Shown here in pieces: positions 9,369 through 18,510 of a DNA stretch of 64,000 bases. The stretch lies in the IMG/VR virus record IMGVR_UViG_3300046786_000304, positions 1-64,000 of that record; one strand, 5' to 3'. Source of the stretch: a virus. Taxonomy: Duplodnaviria > Caudoviricetes. The translations under genes and the position numbers were made by a program. Position 1 is the stretch's first letter. Each line of letters opens with the position of its first letter. The notes beneath the pieces are model-generated. The model searched no databases. It had not been told where the DNA came from and saw only the letters and a list, made by a program, of their open reading frames with translations.

Positions 9369-10528
9369 ATTTTCAATACATAGCACGAAATACTCTTGCA
9401 GGTATTACAACAAGTCTTGCTATGGTGCCAGAAGTTGTTGCTTTTGCCTTATTAGCGCATGTTAATCCACTAGTTGGTTTGTATGCCGCAGTTATACTAG
9501 GATTAGTTACGGCCTTATTTGGCGGACGTCCTGGACTTATTAGCGGTGGTGCAGGCAGTCTTGCAGTAGTTAGTGTAGCATTGGTTGTTACACATGGCGT
9601 TGAATATTTGTTTGCTTGTATTGTACTCATGGGCATTATACAATTTGCCTTTGGAGCATTTAAACTTGGTAAACTAATTAAACTAGTTAGTCCCAGTGTA
9701 ATGACTGGGTTTGTTAACGGGCTTGCGCTGGTAATTTTCCTAGCACAATTTAAGCAAATTCCTTTTCAAGGATGGGCGTTATATTCAATGCTAGGATTAA
9801 TTGGTATAACCATTGCAGGCGTAGTAATGGCTCCGTCAATTACCAAACACATTCCTTCTAGCTTATTTGGTATTGTAGCTGTGACCGCCGTTGTGTATTT
9901 GTTTGATATAACAACTACTACTGTAGGTGATATTGCACATATTAGCGGAGCACTACCTAGCTTCCATATTCCCGATGTTCCTATGACTCTAGAAACATTA
10001 TGGATTGTATTGCCTTATAGTTTTATACTTGCCGCAGTAGGATTAATTGAAACTTTGTTAACTGCCAGCCTAGTCGACGACTTTGTGCATGAACACAAGC
10101 CAGATCATAAAACACATCCCAACAAAGAAAGTATGGCTCAGGGCGTCGGTAACATACTAACTGGTTTGTTTGGTGGTATGGGTGGTTGTGCTATGATCGG
10201 ACAAACTGTTATCAACTTAGAAGCAGGCGGCGTTAATAGATTGGCAGGGGTCATAGAAGCATTGGCTATCCTTGCTTACATTGTATTTGCTAGTATTGTA
10301 ATAGAATCCATTCCAATAGCCGCTTTGATTGGTGTGATGTGCGTTGTATGCTATCATACCTTCGATTGGAATAGTTTAAAATTTAACAATAAACCAAAAG
10401 AAGATGTTATAGTTATGTTGACCGTTACTGTAACCACAGTTATATTCAATCTTGCTCTTGCCGTTTTATTAGGCATTTTACTAACAAGTATGTTATACTA
10501 TTGGAAACACGTTAAAGAAACAACATGA
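9365..10528 (+). CDS. sulP: SulP/SLC26-family anion transporter without STAS domain
   Basis: GITTSLAMVPEVVAFA, GLYAA, FGGRPGLISGGAGS, LIETLLT, ESMAQGVGN, GGCAMIGQT; ends right after the last TM; ATGA overlap at 9365. Confidence 0.85.
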   Translation: MNFQYIARNTLAGITTSLAMVPEVVAFALLAHVNPLVGLYAAVILGLVTALFGGRPGLISGGAGSLAVVSVALVVTHGVEYLFACIVLMGIIQFAFGAFKLGKLIKLVSPSVMTGFVNGLALVIFLAQFKQIPFQGWALYSMLGLIGITIAGVVMAPSITKHIPSSLFGIVAVTAVVYLFDITTTTVGDIAHISGALPSFHIPDVPMTLETLWIVLPYSFILAAVGLIETLLTASLVDDFVHEHKPDHKTHPNKESMAQGVGNILTGLFGGMGGCAMIGQTVINLEAGGVNRLAGVIEALAILAYIVFASIVIESIPIAALIGVMCVVCYHTFDWNSLKFNNKPKEDVIVMLTVTVTTVIFNLALAVLLGILLTSMLYYWKHVKETT

Positions 10529-11430
10529 CAAGAATATTACAGACGATCGGAGATGGCAATTTTGTAGAAACTACTTGGGATAATCCAGATTGTGGTGACT
10601 ACGAAATTACTGTACAAAATATCATGACAGGCGTTTGTCGTAGTGATATTGACATGATGGAAGGCAATTTCGGTCCATTGCCATTAAGTATGCAAGGACA
10701 CGAAGGACTGGGTCGTGTAATTAAAGTTGGTAAAAATATTGGTATGACACAAGTAGGGGACATAGTAGCCACTCGTGGCGAACCTGCTTATGCAGATGTG
10801 TACAATGTTAGAGCCAATGAATATGTAGTTGTTCCAGAAGCACATCCTAGATATATTTTAGAACCAGTAGCCTGTGGTATCAATGTAGTACAACAACCTA
10901 TTAGAGAAATGGCCGAACGAGCAGGCGAAGGTAAAAAACTACTAATACTTGGTAGCGGATTCCTTGCGTGGGTTGCTTACAATACTATCTTGCTTAATCA
11001 CTTAGAGTTTGATATCACAGTTGTGGGCAATAGTAACAAAGAACTTTGGAAAGAAACTTTAAGTCAAAACTATGAAGGTACATTCGATGTAGTTATTGAT
11101 TTGAGCAGTAGACAAGATGTTTTTGAGAAACCCATTCTAAATAATGAAGCGTTAGTAGTATTTGGAAGTCAAAAACAAGTTAGCACAGATTTCTCTAATT
11201 TACTTTGGAAAGCCTGTACTATGATATTCCCAAGTCCAAGAACTGACAGATTTTATCAGTGTATGCAAGATGCCGCTATGTGGATTGAAAGCGGTGATAT
11301 TGATGTTGACATGTTCTGGACAAAAGGTTATAATAGAGACTCAGAGTGGCAACAAGCATTTGCTGATGGCTTAAATAGACCTGCAGGTTATAGCAGGGGT
11401 TACATATATTGGAATAATAATGGCAATTGA
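10525..11430 (+). CDS. MDR/zinc-type alcohol (polyol/sugar) dehydrogenase-like protein
   Basis: GVCRSD, GHEGLG.V..VG, LEPVACG, LILGSGFL; structural-Zn loop absent. Confidence 0.8.
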   Translation: MTRILQTIGDGNFVETTWDNPDCGDYEITVQNIMTGVCRSDIDMMEGNFGPLPLSMQGHEGLGRVIKVGKNIGMTQVGDIVATRGEPAYADVYNVRANEYVVVPEAHPRYILEPVACGINVVQQPIREMAERAGEGKKLLILGSGFLAWVAYNTILLNHLEFDITVVGNSNKELWKETLSQNYEGTFDVVIDLSSRQDVFEKPILNNEALVVFGSQKQVSTDFSNLLWKACTMIFPSPRTDRFYQCMQDAAMWIESGDIDVDMFWTKGYNRDSEWQQAFADGLNRPAGYSRGYIYWNNNGN

Positions 11431-11953
11431 TACAATGGGCCGAAAGGCAACAACTTATTTTATTGGTACAGAAGTAGAGCGTACTGCTATGTATGGCGAA
11501 CGCACTCTATTTGTTGTAGGTGTTCAACCCGTAGACAAAATTGTAAGTATTATTAACGAACAAAACTCTTATAATGATACTAGCAAACATATTAGACATA
11601 TCTATCTTGGCACTAGTCAAAGTTTTACTCCTCAGGATTACGATGACTGGAAAGCTTGGGATAAAATGATTGTAGAGTTATTGGATGCTGGCTACTGGGT
11701 CACACTTGACTTTGGTGTAGAGTATGCCGATACCTTCAATGAAGAAGGATGGAGTGAGTACAACACATTCATTCCTATGATTAGTGTTAAACTTCCTTAC
11801 ATTAAACTTTACAATTACAATGCCACACTAAAGATTGATGATACAACGTGGGGTCATAGTAATCCAGGCGTGTGGTGCCATAGCTTACACGACTTAATGG
11901 ATAGAAAAGTTTATACGGACTGGAAGGATTATGTAGGAGATGAAAATGTCTAA
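11420..11953 (+). CDS. Hypothetical protein coupled to the GT-B gene
   Basis: Overlaps both neighbours; HIYLGTSQSF, WVTLDF, NPGVWCH. Confidence 0.75.
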   Translation: MAIDTMGRKATTYFIGTEVERTAMYGERTLFVVGVQPVDKIVSIINEQNSYNDTSKHIRHIYLGTSQSFTPQDYDDWKAWDKMIVELLDAGYWVTLDFGVEYADTFNEEGWSEYNTFIPMISVKLPYIKLYNYNATLKIDDTTWGHSNPGVWCHSLHDLMDRKVYTDWKDYVGDENV

Positions 11954-13004
11954 AATCTTTTTAGTTGATTTAGAAGCAGTTAGCACTCGCTATACTGGAC
12001 AGTGGAAAGATCATGTTCCACAATTACTTAGAGAGGTAGGACACGATGTTCAAATTATTTCTGGCCCTGAAGATATTCCTAATGCCACTACTCCTGGCGC
12101 TTTTCTTAATTTTGGCGGTACTAACATATATAAGTCGGCTCAAGTTGAACAGATGGGTCGTTTATTTTGCGACGGAGCCGTTTCTCCCGGTGATCACTTT
12201 ATCTTTACTGATGCTTGGCACCCGGGTATCATAAACTTAAAGTACATGAGTGAACTATTAGGTATTCCAGTAGTTACACATGGTTTATGGCATGCCGGAA
12301 GTTATGATCCTCAAGACTTTCTCGGACGCTTAGTTGGTGATAAGCCGTGGGTTAGACACGCAGAGAAAAGTTACTTCCATGCATTTGATCATAACTACTT
12401 TGCCACAGACTTTCACATTGATATGTTTTCTAATAACTTGTTTCATGATGAGACAGTAGAATTAGAAGATAACAAAGTTGTACGTACTGGTTGGCCTATG
12501 GAGTATATGAATGATACTCTTAAACCATTTAAGAATTTGAATAAACAAGATCTTATCGTGTTCCCGCATCGTATCGCCCCTGAGAAACAAGTTGAAATCT
12601 TTCGCGACCTAGCAACACACTTGCCACAATACAAGTTTGTCGTTTGTCAAGATGAACAATTAACTAAAAAACAATATCACACATTGTTAGGTCAAGCTAA
12701 GATGGTGTTTAGTTGTAGTTTACAGGAAACGCTAGGCATTGGTTGTTACGAAGGTGCTATAGTGGATGCTATCCCAATGGTGCCAGATAGACTAAGCTAC
12801 AGTGAAATGTACTTTGATGTGTTCAAATATAAAAGTGAGTGGACAGAGTCTTGGGAAGCCTACAATGTTTATCGTCCAGACTTGTGTCGTGCTATTATGA
12901 CACATATGGATTATTACCATACTCGCTTGAGACAACTCAAAGAACAAGCATCTAGCTTAACGACACATTTCTTTAGTGCGAAAGACTTATTAAAGAATCT
13001 ATGA
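11946..13004 (+). CDS. GT-B (GT4-like) glycosyltransferase
   Basis: FPHRIAPEKQ and ETLGIGCYE (EX7E) donor-binding motifs; SD AGGAGA before ATG 11946. Confidence 0.8.
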   Translation: MSKIFLVDLEAVSTRYTGQWKDHVPQLLREVGHDVQIISGPEDIPNATTPGAFLNFGGTNIYKSAQVEQMGRLFCDGAVSPGDHFIFTDAWHPGIINLKYMSELLGIPVVTHGLWHAGSYDPQDFLGRLVGDKPWVRHAEKSYFHAFDHNYFATDFHIDMFSNNLFHDETVELEDNKVVRTGWPMEYMNDTLKPFKNLNKQDLIVFPHRIAPEKQVEIFRDLATHLPQYKFVVCQDEQLTKKQYHTLLGQAKMVFSCSLQETLGIGCYEGAIVDAIPMVPDRLSYSEMYFDVFKYKSEWTESWEAYNVYRPDLCRAIMTHMDYYHTRLRQLKEQASSLTTHFFSAKDLLKNL

Positions 13005-13447
13005 CTTATGTTGGATATTTTTTAACATGGACATTTGTGCTGTACTGGATACATCGTATAGGACATAAAACTCCGTATGTTAAAAAATGGCACTGGGACC
13101 ATCATAGCTATATAGTTAGGCACGGGATGCAGGGTTGGCATTGGAATAATTTATTTTTATTCAACGACACTTGGATTAGTACATTAGATCTATACGTAAC
13201 AGAAGTTATACCTACTATATTGTTTAGCTGGATAACAGGAGAATGGTGGGTTTTTGCATTTTATTATATATGGGCATCTTACTTCCAAGAAACACTGGAA
13301 CATAATAAAACTGTAGACTTTCCACTGTTAACGACTGGTCGTTGGCATCTAATACATCACAGACACCCAAACAAAAATTACGGATTGTTTTTCCCTATAT
13401 GGGATATATTATTTGGAACTTACAAACGTGTGGACCAGCGAAAATAA
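13001..13447 (+). CDS. Sterol desaturase/fatty-acid hydroxylase superfamily membrane protein
   Basis: His boxes HRIGH, HWDHH, HLIHH; NYGLFFPIWDILFGT. Confidence 0.85.
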   Translation: MTYVGYFLTWTFVLYWIHRIGHKTPYVKKWHWDHHSYIVRHGMQGWHWNNLFLFNDTWISTLDLYVTEVIPTILFSWITGEWWVFAFYYIWASYFQETLEHNKTVDFPLLTTGRWHLIHHRHPNKNYGLFFPIWDILFGTYKRVDQRK

Positions 13448-14333
13448 TTGGTACAAGTGGTGGTACGGCGATGCCTTATTTGGTAGGCAAACCAATGACT
13501 TAAAATGGAATACCAGTTATAAATGTAACAATGTTCGCCACGTAGGTTCTTTCAAAGAAGAAATGTTAGTGGCGGCTCGAAGCACTATGGATCATTACTC
13601 GGGCCTAAAACCCTGCGTGTTTTTTAGTGGCGGATTAGATAGCGAGTTAGTTCTACGTTCTTATATTGATATAGGTGCAGATCCTATTGTAAACATTTTT
13701 AGATTTGAAAATCATATCAATGAATATGACGTAAGCTATGCTATTGTCATCTGCGAAACATTAGGTGTAAAGTATAACGTTATTGATTTTAATATAGCAA
13801 ACTTCTATGAACATGATGCAGAAACTATCAGTGATATAGCACAGATAGACAGACCGCGTGGTTTGCCGCAATTAAAGTTTTTGGATTATACAGAAGGATT
13901 TGCCGTTCTGGGTATCGGCGATCCACGCTGGACTCGTAGTGTAAAAGATAACACTCCTTGGATACTATTGGACCAGGAACACGATACTGGTTGGGACAAA
14001 TATATTCTACATAAAAATATGCCTGCTATTGCTCAATGGTTTAAATGGACGCCTGAGTTGGTATTAGCATACACAGAACTTGATTGGTTTAAAAATCTTG
14101 TTATAAACAATAAATGGACTGGCAGAGAAGGCGTAACGTCAACTAAGATTATAGGTTACCGAGAAGCATATCCTGATTTATTACAACGAGACAAAAAAAC
14201 TGGCATGGAACCCGTTGACAGTTTGATTGATGAATTTGAAGACTTTTTGAAAAAGAAAAACAACGGACTACTATATAGGCAAGTAGTACCAAGAACGTTA
14301 GATGAACTAAGGAAAGAAATATTAAATGATTAA
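13413..14333 (+). CDS. PP-loop (adenine-nucleotide alpha-hydrolase) protein
   Basis: VFFSGGLDSE PP-loop; no QueC Cys cluster; start may be GTG 13428. Confidence 0.65.
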   Translation: MELTNVWTSENNWYKWWYGDALFGRQTNDLKWNTSYKCNNVRHVGSFKEEMLVAARSTMDHYSGLKPCVFFSGGLDSELVLRSYIDIGADPIVNIFRFENHINEYDVSYAIVICETLGVKYNVIDFNIANFYEHDAETISDIAQIDRPRGLPQLKFLDYTEGFAVLGIGDPRWTRSVKDNTPWILLDQEHDTGWDKYILHKNMPAIAQWFKWTPELVLAYTELDWFKNLVINNKWTGREGVTSTKIIGYREAYPDLLQRDKKTGMEPVDSLIDEFEDFLKKKNNGLLYRQVVPRTLDELRKEILND

Positions 14334-14676
14334 AATAGAAAGTTATGGATCAAGTCCAGGATGGTATCAAACTGATACCAGTTACAATCTACCAAGTATA
14401 ACAGGTGCTGTTCAATGGAATGGTGCTACTAAATGTTTTGAAGTTAGTAATGGTAGTAGTTGGCAACGAATAGACAATACTATTCGAATTAATAATAGTA
14501 ATGCCTATGATATAAATGTTGTCGGTGCGTGGGTAATGAAAAAGATGGCCGAGGAAGAAGAAACTAAGAAACTTCGTAGTAAATACCCAGCACTAGATGA
14601 AGCATACAATCACTTGGAACTAATCAAAGCATTAGTTACAGCAGGACCAGAAACAAATGATATTCAACAAAGTTAA
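14326..14676 (+). CDS. Hypothetical protein
   Basis: Coupled ORF; SD AAGGA upstream. Confidence 0.65.
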   Translation: MIKIESYGSSPGWYQTDTSYNLPSITGAVQWNGATKCFEVSNGSSWQRIDNTIRINNSNAYDINVVGAWVMKKMAEEEETKKLRSKYPALDEAYNHLELIKALVTAGPETNDIQQS

Positions 14677-15127
14677 AGATTTAAAAGCCAAAGGACTAAA
14701 GATAGGGATTACCTTTAGTACATTTGACTTACTACATGCCGGGCATATTGCTATGCTAGCAGAAGCAAAGAATCATTGCGATTACTTAATTGCTGGCCTT
14801 CAAACAGATCCTACTATTGATAGACCCGAAAGTAAAAACCCGCCAGTACAAAGTATTGTTGAACGACAAATACAATTGGCAGCTACTCGCTATGTCGATG
14901 AAACTGTAGTATATCAAACTGAAAAAGATCTTGAAGATATTCTACTTACATTACCCATCGATGTTCGTATACTAGGTGTCGAATATCAGGATAAAGAATT
15001 TACTGGCAGAGATATTTGTTATGAGAGAGGCATCGAATTAGTATTCAATCAACGCGATCATAGCTTTAGTTCTAGCAATCTACGCAAACGTGTGGCTCAC
15101 GCAGAAATGGTCAAGGAATTAAAATGA
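14657..15127 (+). CDS. Glycerol-3-phosphate cytidylyltransferase-like protein (TagD type)
   Basis: STFDLLHAGH, GLQTDP, RDHSFSSS. Confidence 0.85.
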   Translation: MIFNKVKDLKAKGLKIGITFSTFDLLHAGHIAMLAEAKNHCDYLIAGLQTDPTIDRPESKNPPVQSIVERQIQLAATRYVDETVVYQTEKDLEDILLTLPIDVRILGVEYQDKEFTGRDICYERGIELVFNQRDHSFSSSNLRKRVAHAEMVKELK

Positions 15128-15912
15128 AAACAAAAGTAGCAATTATCGGAATGGGTTTTGTCGGAGGTGCTATACATAGTTCTTTTGTCAGTAACGCAGA
15201 TGTAGAACTATTAGCCATAGATCCAGCCAAGGGTTGGCTGGCAACATACAATGACATCGTAAACTTTGATGCAGTATTTGTCTGTGTACCAAGTCCACAG
15301 CGTAGCGATGGATCTTGTGATACCAGCATATTAGTTGATGTATTAAAGCAGTTGGAATTGGTGCGTTTTAGCGGTGTTATTATTAGTAAAGTCACTGCTA
15401 TTCCAAGTGTATATACAGGACTACAAACTTCATATCCTAACTTAGTTCATGCTCCTGAGTTCTTAACTGCGGCCAATGCTGAACGAGATTATGCCAATGG
15501 CAGATTTTCTATCATCGGCGGCGAAGTAACCGCATATAGAAACGAAGCCGAACGTATTATTAGAATGAGCCAGCCAAATCTAAATTCAGTAACACATTGT
15601 AGTATTGGCGAAGCCAGCTTTGCCAAATATACTATCAATACCTTCCTTGCTACTAAAGTTATCTTTATGAATGAAATGGCCAAGCTAGCGGAAGATAATC
15701 AATGTAATTGGAATAATATTAAACAAGCCGTTAGTCAAGATAAACGACTTGGCGCCAGTCATATGCAAGTGCCTGGGCCAGATGGCGATTATGGGTTTGG
15801 TGGAATGTGCTTTCCAAAAGACACTAATGCCATGCTTAAATTTGCAGAATGGTGTGAACAGGACCTAAGTGTATTGGCCACGGCAGTTGCAAAGAATAAT
15901 AAAATTCGATGA
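15124..15912 (+). CDS. UDP-glucose/GDP-mannose dehydrogenase family (short form)
   Basis: IIGMGFVG, FVCVPSP, PEFL, KYTINTFLATKVIFMNE, GFGGMCFPKD. Confidence 0.85.
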   Translation: MKTKVAIIGMGFVGGAIHSSFVSNADVELLAIDPAKGWLATYNDIVNFDAVFVCVPSPQRSDGSCDTSILVDVLKQLELVRFSGVIISKVTAIPSVYTGLQTSYPNLVHAPEFLTAANAERDYANGRFSIIGGEVTAYRNEAERIIRMSQPNLNSVTHCSIGEASFAKYTINTFLATKVIFMNEMAKLAEDNQCNWNNIKQAVSQDKRLGASHMQVPGPDGDYGFGGMCFPKDTNAMLKFAEWCEQDLSVLATAVAKNNKIR

Positions 15913-16655
15913 ATAACCCATTTAAATTATTGATAACTGGCGGTTGTTCGTTTACTGCCAACAAATGCTGGCCTTACCATCTTAATAAGATATTATCCGA
16001 CAATGAACTTATAAACTATGGGTTAATTAGTTCAGGCAACGGAAGAATAAGTAGGTCTGTTATATATGGTGTAAGCCAAGCACTTAAGACACATTCTCCG
16101 GAAGAAATATTAGTGGGCATTATGTGGAGTCATCCTAGTCGCTATGATGTGTTTAAAGAAAATATTGATGCTGGTACGTTTACTAATACGTCAGATGATA
16201 TTAACCCAAATAAATTTATTCCTAACGCAGATAAGAATTGGTTATTAATACACAGTGGGTGGGATGACATACATTCTAAAAACTATTATTCATATTTTTA
16301 TGATGACATTGGCAATCATATTACTACGTTAGAACATATTCTTAGAGTGCAATGGTTTTTAAAATTACATAACATAAATTATTTTATGAGCACCTATTCT
16401 ACTGGTGTTCTTCCTGATCAGGAAATGAAAAATAATCCAAATATAAGTCACTTGTATGACATGGTAGATTGGTCTAAATTTTTGCCAGTTGATAGTTGTC
16501 TAGAATGGACAGAAAATTGCAGTATACCCAATGACGCAAGCGAACTAGAAAAACCATTTTATATGCGGCACCCATCGGATAACCAACACAAAGAATTCGC
16601 AGAAAAAGTTGTATATCCTTTCATAAAATCTAAATATTTTGTTGACAAGACCTAA
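15909..16655 (+). CDS. SGNH/GDSL-like protein
   Basis: GGCSFT block I, SSGNGRI block II, C-terminal RHPS...H. Confidence 0.65.
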   Translation: MNNPFKLLITGGCSFTANKCWPYHLNKILSDNELINYGLISSGNGRISRSVIYGVSQALKTHSPEEILVGIMWSHPSRYDVFKENIDAGTFTNTSDDINPNKFIPNADKNWLLIHSGWDDIHSKNYYSYFYDDIGNHITTLEHILRVQWFLKLHNINYFMSTYSTGVLPDQEMKNNPNISHLYDMVDWSKFLPVDSCLEWTENCSIPNDASELEKPFYMRHPSDNQHKEFAEKVVYPFIKSKYFVDKT

Positions 16656-16670
16656 ATAAACCTATATAAT
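16642..16670 (+). promoter_or_regulatory. Composite promoter TTGACA-N17-TATAAT with CCTAAATA in the spacer
   Basis: ttgacaagacctaaataaacctatataat; SD AAGGAG then ATG 16689. Confidence 0.75.
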
Positions 16671-16688
16671 ATAAACAAGGAGTAATAA

Positions 16689-17453
16689 ATGACTGAATCC
16701 GTATTATACAAAAATATCATAGCTGGCGCAGAACAGCAAGGCGATGATGATAAGAGCTACGAAGAAGCTTACTTAGGAAACTATCTTCGTGCTAAAATGA
16801 AACGCGACAATAAACGTTTCTGGGCAGGTGATAACATTAGTGAATATGTTAACGACCATAACAAGGAACAACTAATCGACGAAGCAACAGAAGCATTTGA
16901 ACTAGTGCTTGATCGTTTGCTTATTGATCGTGAAAACGATCCTAATAGTAAAGGTACTGCGAGACGACTTGCTAAAATGTACTTTAATGAAATTATGGCA
17001 GGAAGATATGAACCAGGACCAGACGCTACAGCGTTTCCAAATGATTCGGCGGACCGTTACGAAGGTATGTTGGTTGTTCGCAGTGAGCTTCGTAGCATGT
17101 GCAGTCATCATCACCAGCCCGTTAGTGGCGTTGCTTATATTGGTATTATCGCTGCCGAGAAGCTCATCGGTCTCTCTAAGTACACACGCATCGCGCAGTG
17201 GTGTGCGAGACGAGGTACTCTCCAGGAGGAACTTTGCAATGACATTGCTAGGGAAATATCAAAAGCAACCAACTCGGAGAACGTAGCAGTTTATATTCAA
17301 GCAGTACATGGTTGCTGTGAGAACCGTGGCATTATGGCGCATAGTAGTTTAACACAGACTACAGTACTCACAGGATCGTTTAAAACTGATCCAGGTGCAA
17401 AGAAAGAATTCTTTGACAACATCAAACTACAACAGGAGTTTGCTCCTCGATGA
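16689..17453 (+). CDS. folE: GTP cyclohydrolase I
   Basis: TARRLAKMY, SMCSHHHQP, GLSKYTRI, LQEEL, HGCCENRG. Confidence 0.95.
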   Translation: MTESVLYKNIIAGAEQQGDDDKSYEEAYLGNYLRAKMKRDNKRFWAGDNISEYVNDHNKEQLIDEATEAFELVLDRLLIDRENDPNSKGTARRLAKMYFNEIMAGRYEPGPDATAFPNDSADRYEGMLVVRSELRSMCSHHHQPVSGVAYIGIIAAEKLIGLSKYTRIAQWCARRGTLQEELCNDIAREISKATNSENVAVYIQAVHGCCENRGIMAHSSLTQTTVLTGSFKTDPGAKKEFFDNIKLQQEFAPR

Positions 17454-17641
17454 AAGATCCTGTAATAGAAGAAAAAGTCACAGTACTAAAAGACTTGGTT
17501 GATGATATTAATATTCTGATGAAAGATCTACAGGACTTAAATGTAGAAGTTAGAATTGCTTATATCGACAAGAATACTGATAAAGACATTTCACAGGGTA
17601 TTAGTCTTTGGAAAGTAGAAGAGCGTAATGGCTACCTCTAA
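17450..17641 (+). CDS. Hypothetical protein
   Basis: ATGA coupling to folE. Confidence 0.55.
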   Translation: MKDPVIEEKVTVLKDLVDDINILMKDLQDLNVEVRIAYIDKNTDKDISQGISLWKVEERNGYL

Positions 17642-17996
17642 TCCAGGATATGGTGCTATACCGCCATCATCACCTTACACTATTGGCGCTCAAGGAGCAA
17701 GTGGGCAGGTCCTAACTGCCAATGGTATGAATGGTACTAGTTGGATGAGTCAGGGTATTAACACACAGCCAAGTGCTATTCAAATTGGCACTCCTGAACC
17801 CACTATTACATTTCACCACAATGGTGATATAACAACTAAAGCAGGAACTATTACCGCAGAAGATTGGGTATCTGTTATTAAAGTTATGAAACAGTTAATC
17901 ATGGATATGAGCAAAGATCAGGAACTAGCATCTAAATATCCGTATATACAAGATGCGGCACATACTTGGATGATGAACAAACTCAAAGGAGAATGA
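17628..17996 (+). CDS. Hypothetical protein
   Basis: Overlapping ORF that fills the gap. Confidence 0.6.
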   Translation: MATSNPGYGAIPPSSPYTIGAQGASGQVLTANGMNGTSWMSQGINTQPSAIQIGTPEPTITFHHNGDITTKAGTITAEDWVSVIKVMKQLIMDMSKDQELASKYPYIQDAAHTWMMNKLKGE

Positions 17997-17997
17997 C

Positions 17998-18510
17998 ATG
18001 GCATGGTACACAGTAAGAACACATTATAAAAAGAGTTGCGAACAACACGAATATTTTTACAATCGTAAAATTAAAGGTGCTAGGATTATTGTTAAAGACG
18101 GTTATCGAAGTGCAGAGTTTAGTGTGGAAACTAATGATGACGAATTTCCTGAATTTAATTTTACTAATTGTCCAGGTGGCAGTGCTGACCTTGATAGCGT
18201 TGACTTGTTTAGTTGCTTTGGTGATAACGTTGAAAATACAGAACTTGTCGAAATGTTTGACGGCGGTTGCTGGGGCGATATTGAAATTGAAGGTATCGAA
18301 GATGAAGATGAAGTCGAACGTTTGACAGACCTTATCAATGAAGAAGGCAGTTACGCATTAGAAGAAGATGGCGACGGTGACTGGTACCTAAGCGATACAG
18401 AATGTTGGGTATGGGGTCCAATTGAGGTTGAAGATGAAGAAGGTAATGTACGGATTATTGTTGCAGACGAAGATGGTAATATGATTGACTTTGAGGGCGA
18501 CGATGAGTAA
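17998..18510 (+). CDS. Highly acidic hypothetical protein (paralog 1)
   Basis: SD AAGGAG; D/E-rich; aligns by eye with 18503..19012. Confidence 0.7.
   Translation: MAWYTVRTHYKKSCEQHEYFYNRKIKGARIIVKDGYRSAEFSVETNDDEFPEFNFTNCPGGSADLDSVDLFSCFGDNVENTELVEMFDGGCWGDIEIEGIEDEDEVERLTDLINEEGSYALEEDGDGDWYLSDTECWVWGPIEVEDEEGNVRIIVADEDGNMIDFEGDDE

Noticed and set aside
13413-14333. Calling the SGGLDS protein QueC
   Set aside because: Only the PP-loop matches; the C-terminal Cys4 Zn motif and other QueC signatures are absent.
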